The position numbers and the translations under genes are program-made. Below, piece after piece: positions 48,301 through 58,472 of a stretch of 64,000 nucleotides of DNA. The notes under the pieces are model-generated. The model ran no database searches. It worked only from the letters and a program-made list of their open reading frames with translations, and was not told where the DNA came from. Every line of letters begins with the position of its first letter. Position 1 is the stretch's first letter. This stretch comes from Caecitellus pseudoparvulus (taxonomy: Eukaryota; Protista; Bigyra: Bicosoecida): positions 1 to 64,000 of the forward strand of contig CBFFRQ010000015.1 of the NCBI GenBank assembly GCA_965644315.1. The letters are read 5' to 3'.

Positions 48301-50047
48301 CACACGGTCCCGCAGGCGCTGCAGAGCGCCCTCACCCCCAACAGCCGTCACCAGAGACGTGTCACTGCCACCCTTGCCTGCCAGCAGCAGCGCCTCGGCA
48401 CGCCACCTGCTCAGGTCACGGTCAGTGACGAATGTCGTCAGGCCCTTGGGCAGTGCAGCACTCAGCGACAGACTGCCCAGCAGCTCCTGGATGCCGCGCT
48501 GCACAGTGGCAGTGTCGGCACCAGACGATGGCGCAGCCAGGCCGTACAGCCACCCCGCCGACGCGCCCTGCCCCGGCCGCACCAGCAGCCCAGAGCACTC
48601 GGCATCCTGCACCGTGCGGCGGAAGTCGCTGTTCCACGACGCGCTCTGGCGAGGCAGGCTCAAGAAGTGGAAGAAGTCCAGACTCCCGTACACGGCAGCA
48701 CTCGCCGTGGGCAGGGAAATGCCGCGGGACCCCCGACCCACCATGCGAGATAGGATGCCACCGCTGCCCTGCTCAGCGCTCAGCACCGTCTCCAAGCCCG
48801 GGTACCCCGCGGGGGCAGGGCCGGGCAGTCCCCCTGTCAGCCGCCCCGTCGTCACCTCCGCCAGCTTCACACGGTGGTAGTACACCGCGTGCAGCAACGG
48901 CAACATGAAGCCGGGCAGCTTCAACGGCGCCAGCTCGGCCAGCACCGCATCCAGGTACGCCTGCTTGGCCCCCACATCCATGTCGAAGTCCACGCTCTCC
49001 ACACTCGCCACACGTGACACCAGCGCCTTCAAGTACGCCTGGTTCTTCCACACGGGCACCTTCCCGCGCTCACGCAGCATGCGCAGCTCAGCCAGCGTCA
49101 AGTCACGGAACAATGGAGCCCCCAGAGACGACGACATGTGGCGGGACTGGCCCAGTCGACTGCTCACGCCGTTCTCGTCAACGTACTTGTCCTCCGTCCG
49201 CGCAGCCAGCACCATCTCCACCGCCGCCACGCGCTCCGCAGACGACAGATGGCGCGGCACGCCATGCCCGGCCAGCAGCCACCGCAGCAGTGGCCCACGG
49301 CGGGGGTCTTCGTTCAGGTACTGCCACACTGTCACGTCCTCCAGGGGTGGCCGCCCCGCGCTGTCCAGCTGGGACCGAGCCTTGGAGTCCACGCCCAGAC
49401 CCTGCAGCAGCTGCCGCGGGCTCAGCTTGGACAAGTCCAGGCTCGTGGGCGTCGTGTCCTCCCGGTCGTCAGCGTGTGCAGGCAGGTCCTGCCGATGGGA
49501 AAAGCTCAGTCGGAAGTGCTCCACCAGGTCCTTGATCAGCGCCTTGTCCCCTGCCGTCACCTCGTCCTCGCTGGAGAACTTACTCAGGGCACGACGCCAC
49601 TTGAACCGCTTCGCGTCCCCTGGCACATCGCGGTCAGCCTCGCGGGAAGCCAGGAATGCTTCGATGGCGCCCTCCAGATCGGCAGGGTACCCTGCACAAG
49701 GGGGCGAGGGGCAAGGTGTGCCCTGGGCGCCCTGAGCCGGCACCGCCTCACCACGTGAACAGGAGTTTCACGTGCCGCCACACCAGAGCGGCCTGTGGCA
49801 GGGGTACCGCGCCCACGCACCTGACTGCTCGCTGAGGAGCTCCTGGAAGTAGTACCATCGATTGGATCCGGGCACGAGCTCGGACAGCACAGCCTTGCGG
49901 TCCTGTGGGAAGTGCAGGGTGTTGGCGTGGTGAAGCTGGGCGTGGTGGAGGGCACGGTGCCAGTGCGAGCTGAGCGAGGCCGCGACGCACGTCAGAAAGG
50001 GCCCACTTCTCAATGAAGTCCAGATCACTGGACTGCACGGGATCCAT
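42319..50047 (-). CDS. Gene B: ~2,500-aa conserved protein, alpha-2-macroglobulin-like architecture / Dictyostelium AbpF-like family (tentative)
   Basis: Exons 50047-49991, 49902-49821 and 49691-42319. N-terminal FIEKWALSDDRKAVLSELVPGSNRWYYF, EHLEYSPLVNARAHQLG, and C-terminal PLPKVYVKVF...FYKDGYTDLRGVFDYASLST are recalled as signatures of a large-protein family in planctomycetes, myxobacteria and scattered eukaryotes. The CDS is solid; the family call needs a search. Confidence 0.8.
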
Positions 50048-50059
50048 GGCGATTCGGTC

Positions 50060-50502
50060 TTGTTACACGCCTGGGGAGGCTCTCGTTCGTAGAGAAGTCG
50101 GCAGTTGCTCAGGAGCTGAACTGCAGGCAGGAATGCAGCACAGGGGACAAGTGGGTCCACAGAGTGCTGTGAATTGAAAGAAAAAGATGAGATTGTAAGG
50201 AAGGTGGGGAGGGGTTGGGGGGGAAAGGGTTTGAGAGTGGAGTGGAAGTGGCCGGTCGCAGAGGGACGAGCACGCGCGTTGCACACCGTCACCGCTTGCA
50301 CGATGCCCTCCCGCCAAAGCTGCGCAGTTGTTCATGCTCAAAGTGGACGCACGGCCACAATAACACCATACTTTTTGCCTCGCTATCGCGTTTCAGGCCC
50401 ATCCCGTGCAATTCTGAAGAGCGCGATCGAGGCGCCGCACATCCTCACAACCACATTCGGGTGCATCTTCACGCCGGCGCTGAGGTTCAGGAAGAAAGAG
50501 CG
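50060..50502. promoter_or_regulatory. Probable bidirectional promoter between the head-to-head B and B' genes; contains a G-quadruplex-type motif (50206-50229)
   Basis: A 443-bp unique region between the two ATGs (50047 and 50515), with a purine-rich tract containing GGGG-A-GGGG-TT-GGGGGGG-AAA-GGG. Confidence 0.55.
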
Positions 50503-50514
50503 GACCGAATCGCC

Positions 50515-53500
50515 ATGGATCCCGTGCAGTCCAGTGATCTGGACTTCATCGAGAAGTGGGCCCTCTCTGACGTGCGTCGCGGCCTCGCTCGGCTCGCACT
50601 GGCACCGCGCCCTCCACCACGCCCAGCTTCACCACGCCAACACCCTGCACTTCCCACAGGACCGCAAGGCTGTGCTGTCCGAGCTCGTGCCCGGGTCCAA
50701 TCGATGGTACTACTTCCAGGAGCTCCTCAGCGAGCAGTCAGGTGCGTGGGCGCGGTACCCCTGCCACAGGCCGCTCTGGTGTGGCGGCACGTGAAACTCC
50801 TGTTCACGTGGTGAGGCGGTGCCGGCTCAGGGCGCCCAGGGCACACCTTGCCCCTCGCCCCCTTGTGCAGGGTACCCTGCCGATCTGGAGGGCGCCATCG
50901 AAGCATTCCTGGCTTCCCGCGAGGCTGACCGCGATGTGCCAGGGGACGCGAAGCGGTTCAAGTGGCGTCGTGCCCTGAGTAAGTTCTCCAGCGAGGACGA
51001 GGTGACGGCAGGGGACAAGGCGTTGATCAAGGACCTGGTGGAGCACTTCCGACTGAGCTTCTCCCATCGGCAGGACCTGCCTGCACACGCTGACGACCGG
51101 GAGGACACGACGCCCACGAGCCTGGACTTGTCCAAGCTGAGCCCGCGGCAGCTGCTGCAGGGTCTGGGCGTGGACTCCAAGGCTCGGTCCCAGCTGGACA
51201 GCGCGGGGCGGCCACCCCTGGAGGACGTGACAGTGTGGCAGTACCTGAACGAAGACCCCCGCCGTGGGCCACTGCTGCGGTGGCTGCTGGCCGGGCATGG
51301 CGTGCCGCGCCATCTGTCGTCTGCGGAGCGCGTGGCGGCGGTGGAGATGGTGCTGGCTGCGCGGACGGAGGACAAGTACGTTGACGAGAACGGCGTGAGC
51401 AGTCGACTGGGCCAGTCCCGCCACATGTCGTCGTCTCTGGGGGCTCCATTGTTCCGTGACTTGACGCTGGCTGAGCTGCGCATGCTGCGTGAGCGCGGGA
51501 AGGTGCCCGTGTGGAAGAACCAGGCGTACTTGAAGGCGCTGGTGTCACGTGTGGCGAGTGTGGAGAGCGTGGACTTCGACATGGATGTGGGGGCCAAGCA
51601 GGCGTACCTGGATGCGGTGCTGGCCGAGCTGGCGCCGTTGAAGCTGCCCGGCTTCATGTTGCCGTTGCTGCACGCGGTGTACTACCACCGTGTGAAGCTG
51701 GCGGAGGTGACGACGGGGCGGCTGACAGGGGGACTGCCCGGCCCTGCCCCCGCGGGGTACCCGGGCTTGGAGACGGTGCTGAGCGCTGAGCAGGGCAGCG
51801 GTGGCATCCTATCTCGCATGGTGGGTCGGGGGTCCCGCGGCATTTCCCTGCCCACGGCGAGTGCTGCCGTGTACGGGAGTCTGGACTTCTTCCACTTCTT
51901 GAGCCTGCCTCGCCAGAGCGCGTCGTGGAACAGCGACTTCCGCCGCACGGTGCAGGATGCCGAGTGCTCTGGGCTGCTGGTGCGGCCGGGGCAGGGCGCG
52001 TCGGCGGGGTGGCTGTACGGCCTGGCTGCGCCATCGTCTGGTGCCGACACTGCCACTGTGCAGCGCGGCATCCAGGAGCTGCTGGGCAGTCTGTCGCTGA
52101 GTGCTGCACTGCCCAAGGGCCTGACGACATTCGTCACTGACCGTGACCTGAGCAGGTGGCGTGCCGAGGCGCTGCTGCTGGCAGGCAAGGGTGGCAGTGA
52201 CACGTCTCTGGTGACGGCTGTTGGGGGTGAGGGCGCTCTGCAGCGCCTGCGGGACCGTGTGGATCTGGAGCTGGCCCCGCACAACAAGCAAGTGTACGAC
52301 GTGACGGACCCCGTGTCGCTGCACGTGTACTTGAAGAACGTGTCGTCCCTCACCATCAGCGTGTTCGAGATCAACACGACGGCGTTCTACAAGGAGAAGG
52401 GCGTGGAGATCTCCACCTCCATCGACTTGGACGGGCTCATCCCCAACGACACCCGGTCCGTGACCCTGGACACGCCGCCCATCCAGCGCGGCCTGCACAC
52501 GTTCCCCATCGAAGCGCTGTCCAACCCCGTGACAGCTCGGCGTGGCGTGTTTGTCGTGGAGCTGGTGGGTGGCGGGTACTCCGCTCGGGCCATCATCCGC
52601 AAGGGTGCCTTGCGGTTTGTGACTCGTGAGACGGCTGCAGGGCAGGCGTTCCGTGTCCTGGACGAGACGAACTCCCCCCTGCCCAACCCTGCGGATGTGT
52701 CGCTGTGGATCGGGGGGCGCACCTACACGCCGCGGGAGGACGGCGAGATCATGGTGCCGTTCGCGCAGCAGGACCGCCCTGGGCAGAGTGTCATCATGAC
52801 CCTGAAGCAGGGTGACGGGCCAGAGCCGTGGTCTTTCTCCTCCCTGTCCTCCTTCACGCACTACGCGGAGCACTACCAGCTGGAGGCAGCGTGGTACGTG
52901 GAGGAGGAGGGGCTGGTGAAGGACCACCGCAAGGCCTCCGTGGCGCTGCGGGCACGCCTGCGCCACCAGCCATCAGGGGCCGCCGCCCCCTTGCCTCTGC
53001 CGCTGTCCCTGCTGGAGGATGTGCGTGTGACGGTGGAGTCCACGGACGGCGACGGCGTGTCGTCCAGCAAGGACTTCAAGGGCGTGCAGCTGAGCGAGGG
53101 CAGCGAGACCACCCTCACCATTGCCGTGCCCAATGGCCTGCGCAAGCTGACGGCCACGCTGCACGGCACGATGACCGCTGCCATCACTGGGGCCAAGCAG
53201 CACCTGACTGCCTCACACACCACCATCGTCAACGGCATCGACGGCACTGACCGGATGAAGTCAGTGTACTTGCGGTACGTGGCTGGTGGGTCCACTGACG
53301 GGGGGGCTGCCACTGGCCCAGGAGCTGGGCCATCGGCGGGTGCAGGCGGCTGGCGTCTGTACGTGCTGGGCAAGTCGGGTGAGGCACTGCCCGGCGTGCA
53401 CCTGCGTGTGAGCATGGCCAACCCACTGCTGGGCACGCACACGAAAGTGCTGCGGACGGGCGCTGACGGCTTCGCCAGCCTCGGCGACCTGCACAGCCTG

Positions 53501-56500
53501 GGCTTTGACAGCATCACGGTGGCTGACGAGTCCAGTGTGGGCGAGCGTTTCCCCCAGGCCAGCTTCGACTTGGTGCCGCCTGGCACGTCCATGTCTGCCT
53601 TCTTCACTGAGCTGACCATGGTGGAGGGCTCAAGCGAGCCGCTGGTGGTGCCCTTCCACGCCCCTGCCGGGACATCAGGCACACCCTTCGCCTTGGTGCG
53701 CATGACGCCGTCACCGCTGGCTGCATGCCTTGACTGGAGCCAGCCATGGAGTTACTACCACCCAGCCTTGGGGGGCATGGCTGTGGCAGCAGATGCACGT
53801 GAGCACGCGACCCACGACCCTGCCGGGCGGTGCATCACCCTGGCAGGCATGCCTGCTGGCGCTTACCAGCTGACGCTGTTCCGTGACTTTGCTGCGCCTG
53901 AGCACATCGTCGTGCACGTCCTTGACGCAGCCACGGCACAGGCCGTGACGTCTGGCGCCGTCATGGATGCTGCCGCAGCGTCAGGCGCGGGGCTGGCTGC
54001 ACACACGCCAGCGGCAGCCTCTGCAACCGCCGCCTCCATCGTGCGTCGGTCTGGCATCGCCTTTGCGCGCAGCACCTCACAGCCTGTGCGGGTGACGGAT
54101 GTGTCTGTGACGCCAGACGGCAAGGTTGTCGTGGCGACGGCAGGCGGCAGTGGCGGCAAGGCGGCTGTGCGAGTGCACCTGGCAGCGACACACTTTGCCC
54201 CGTACAGCCCCTTGATGAACGGCCTGGGGGAGCTGGGTCACGAGGATCGTGCCATTGGCGGCAGCAGCGGGGAGGGCGCCCTGAGCAGCCAGTACATCAA
54301 GCCACGCTTGCTGGGTGAGGAGCACCGGTACATTCTGGACCGTGCCCAGGCGGCAGCACAGGCTGGGAACACCTTGCCCCGTCCGTCCTTGCTGTTGAAC
54401 CCATGGGCCATCGGCAAGACTCAGACGGACACGCAGGAGGCAGCGGCAGGCAGTGCGTACGACTCCTTCACGGCGGGTGGACGGGCCGACGTCCCTCGGT
54501 CACGGAAGGCAAAAATGGCAAAGAAGCCTGGACGTTACGGAAAAGGTGGACGCGTTGGGCACCACGGCCCGCCCAGCAGCCAAGTGACGCTGGACTTCTT
54601 GGCCCACCCCGCTCGCCTGCACTTCAACCTCACCCCTGACGCACAGGGCTGTGTCAGCGTGCCCCTGGCTGAGCTGGCCACAGAAGCCACCGGCCCAGTC
54701 TTCCTCACGGTGGTGGCGACGGATGCCGTGTCATGTGCAGGCTACACCACCAGCCTCATGCCCAGCCCCGATGCACATGCTGCAGCCCAGAGCGGCGATG
54801 CTGCCGCCCTTGCTGCTGCTGATGCTGCTGCCAAGTGGGCACGGCCCATGTCTCTGGAGTACCCCCTGCCGCCCACACAGCACTTCTCACAGCAGAAGAG
54901 CATCTCGGTCCTGCGCACTGGGGAGTCTGCATCCATCACAGCTGCCAGCGACACGAAGGTGGAGGAGTACGCCACCCTCAGCCGCATCCTGCGCCTGTTC
55001 ACTGGCCTGTCCACACACATGCCGGGCGGCAGCAGCACCCACAGTGCCGCCCTGACGAAGGACTTCTCCTGGCTGGTGAGCTGGCCCAGTCTGTCGCCTG
55101 CTGAGAAGGCCGCCAAGTACTCCAAGTACGCTTGCCACGAGGTGCACTTGTTCCTGTACATGCGGGACCGGGCCTTCTTCGACAGCGTCGTGCGGCCCTA
55201 CCTGCAGTGCAAGCGCGCCAAGACCTTCATGGATCGCTTCGTGCTGGGTGAGGACCTGACGTACTACGCTGCGCCTGGCCCCTTTGCCCAGCTGAACCAT
55301 GCTGAGCGTGCCCTCTTGATTGGGCGCCTGCCATCTGCTGGTTCCCCTGCTGCGGCAGGCGATGACACGCCTTCTGCACGCGCTGAGGCCGTGGAGGCGG
55401 CAGACGGAGCAGCTCACGCGTTTTTGTTGGCGACCAGTGCACTGGACCGTGCTGAGCAACAGCCGACGCCCAGTGAGGTGTGGGAGTTGGTGTTCAACTC
55501 TGCCATCTCGTCCAACGCGCTGGAGGATGACGACAAGGCACACGCGCTGGCCGATCAGATCAAGAAGACCGCCCTGCGGGACAAGGCAAGCAAGGAACTT
55601 GAGCGTGCAGAAAGCTCACTTCGGCCTCAAGCTGAACAAATGTTCTTCAGGGCACAGAAAGCAAAATCTGCAACAAGTGAGGAGGGTGCTCGGCTCGGAT
55701 TGAACCGAAGGATGAAGGAGGCCAAATTTTCGTCCAGAGCTGCATCTTCATCGGACGAAGATTGTTCTGAAGTTGAAGAAGAAGAAGAAGACGATGACGA
55801 AGATGGCTGCTTGCCGCAGTCGTCACTTCGCGGTGAAATCACCTCGTCTGCGTGTGAGGTTGCAGACTTGGCTGATCGTCGCCGAGTGGCTCAGGAAGCG
55901 TACCGCTCCCTGGACAAGACCGAGGAGTTCGCCGAGATGCACTACTGGAACGTCAAGACCACCCAGAACACGACCCACCTCGTCACCTTCTCCGAGTTCT
56001 GGGCCGACTTTGCCGTGCACCGTGCCAAGTATGGCGAGCCCTTCCTGCCTGATGGCAGCGCCAATGCGGCGTATGTGCCCTTCGTGTCTCGCAACTTCGC
56101 CCTGGCAGCCAGGTCGCTGAACGAGATGCTGCTGGCGCTGGCCGTGATTGAGCTGCCCTTCACCAACGACGACGCTTCCGATGTGCAGGTGAGCGAGGGC
56201 AAGGTGGTGTACACTGCCAAGTCTGCGCCTGTAGTGCTGTTCCACAAGGACCTGCAGGAGGCCAGCGAGCCAGAGGCCACGACAGTGCTGGTGGGGCAGA
56301 ACTACTTTGACCCCTCGGACAGGTACAAGACGGTGAAGGGGCAGCAAGTGGACAAGTACGTGGCTGGTGGGGAGTTCATGCGGCACAAGGTGTACGGTGT
56401 GCAGTGCGTCATCACCAACGTGTCCTCTGCGAGCCAGGAGCTGGACTACCTTCTGCAGATCCCGCAGGGCGCAGTGCCACTCCGCAACGGCTTCGTGATG

Positions 56501-58276
56501 AAGTCCTTCCACCAGCGCCTGTCAGCGTACTCCACGACACGGGCCGAGTACTTCTTCTACTTCCCTGCCTTGGGTGAGTACGCTCACTACCCAGTGCACG
56601 TGTCTGCTGATGAGGAGCTGGTGGCAGCTGCCCGGCCCACGGCTGTGAAGGTGGTGGACAAGCCCACCTTTGAGGACCATGAGTCATGGCAGTATGTCAG
56701 CCAGCAAGGCAGCGAGGCCCAAGTGATGGCGTACCTGTGCTCTCACTCCTTGGCCGGCGTGGATGTGGGCAAGGTGGCGTGGAGGTGCAGCGACCCCAGC
56801 ACCTGGCATGCCATCACGTCCGCCTTGGCGGCTCGTGGCGTGTACAACGGCACCATCTGGCAGTATGCCTTCAAGCACGGCGACGTGCGGGGCATTCGGC
56901 AGTGGCTGCTGCAGCAGTCCAACGGGGGCCGCCTGGGCAGCTTCGTCTTCCCCACTCTGGCGTCATCCCTGGTGTCCTTTGCGCCTGAGCCATGGGTGTC
57001 GGGGCAGCCCGGCGCAGCTGAGATGTACATGGACCCCCATAGCAGCACGGGGGCGTATGAGCATTTGGAGTACTCCCCCCTGGTGAATGCGCGTGCACAC
57101 CAGCTGGGCGCATCACGCAAGATCATGAACGTGCAGCAGAGCAAGCAGTGGCGCCGGCTGCTGGAGGTGCTGGCATACACCCCCAGCGACCGCATCACCA
57201 CTTCCGCCCGCCTGGCCATCGTGTACCACTTGCTGTTGCAGGACCGCGTCATGGATGCTCAGGCACAGTTTGCGAAGGTGCCTGTGCCGCCTGGCTCTGT
57301 CGTGAGTGGTGCTCGTGGCACACCCAGCACTGTGGCGGCGACGCTGACAGGTGCAGCCCTGGAGGGGCAGTGGGGTGTGCTCATGTACGACTACTTGGCA
57401 GCATACCTGGACTTCTTCAACGTCGACGACCAGCCAGTGGCTCGGGCTGTCGCAGCTGCATATGCGGAGTACCCCGTGCCCAAGTGGCAGCGCAAGTTTG
57501 CCGCCGTGGCAGCCCAGCTGGCGGAAGCAGATGGCGCAGGCGGCGCCGGAGCAGCAGCGGCAGGCGAGGACAGCACGCTGCATGCCGACGCAGCTGAGGA
57601 CAAGGAGCTGGCGCGGGAGAAGCAGACCAGTGCCTTGATGAGCAGCGCGCCATCCCTGGACATCATGGCTGAAGGCAGCGGCGTGCGTGTGACGTACAGC
57701 AACCTGTCAGCCGTGTCCCTGCGCTTCTACCTCATGGACATCGAGCTGCTGTTCTCCACGTCAGCCTTCGTCACGGCAGACAGCGGCGGCTCCAGTGGCA
57801 GTGTGGGGCAGTTCGCCTTTGTGCGGCCCAACGACGTGGTGGGCCACGAGCTGCCGGCGCCAGTGGCAGCAGGCGTGGAGTCCGAGACAGTCATCCCCCT
57901 GCCAGACAAGTACAGCTCCCGCAACGTGCTGGTGGAGGCGGTGGGCGCAGGCATCCACTGCACCGCGCCGTACTTTGCCAACAGCATGCGTGTGCACGTG
58001 GTGGAGAACGCTGGGCGTGTGTCTGTGCGTGATTCGGCCAGCGGGCGGCCCCTGCCAAAGGTGTATGTGAAGGTGTTCAGCCGTCGCTCCGCGGGGGACA
58101 GCAAGGGCAAGTTCTACAAGGACGGCTACACCGACTTGCGTGGTGTGTTTGACTACGCCTCCCTGTCCACGGACGAGCTGTCCCACGTGCAGCGCTTTGC
58201 GTTGCTCGTCAAGAGCCAGGGCATGGGCGCCGTCATCCGCACAGCGCGCCCACCGGCGGGCACTGGCAACGCCTGA
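50515..58276 (+). CDS. Gene B': inverted, near-identical paralog of gene B with two alternative internal cassettes
   Basis: Exons 50515-50571, 50660-50741 and 50871-58276 (GT-AG, phase-consistent). The translation matches B except at 54487-54556, 55555-55888 and two noticed substitutions (I/V, M/V). Confidence 0.85.
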
Positions 58277-58472
58277 GGGATGTGACAATGCAATCGCCCT
58301 GGGCGAATATGTTCAAACATGAACAAAACAAACCAACTTCATTTTCATTGTATTTTGGAAGCCAGCGCCAAGCGTTGAACCTCCAGGCGCGGGTTCACCG
58401 GCAGCGTTGCACCGGAGTTTCACCACGATTTCTGATACACGACTTTGCTTTCGTCGGGCGCCGTAGTCAACG

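Larger units (their letters stand above)
42319..58276. repeat. Large inverted repeat: arms 42319-50059 and 50503-58276, unique spacer 50060-50502
   Basis: All ORFs are mirrored. Coordinate sums of matching bases are constant (100562, then 100559, then 100595) and change only at two divergent cassettes. Confidence 0.97.

Noticed and set aside
42319-58276. Inverted repeat as a simple fold-back or haplotype assembly artefact
   Set aside because: Unique in-frame cassettes, scattered SNPs, a unique spacer, boundaries at gene limits and diverged outer paralogs all argue against this. It is not fully excluded without reads.
42319-58276. Arms as terminal inverted repeats of a Polinton/virophage or foldback transposon
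   Set aside because: The arms are entire intron-containing genes. No integrase, polymerase, capsid or target-site duplication is evident.
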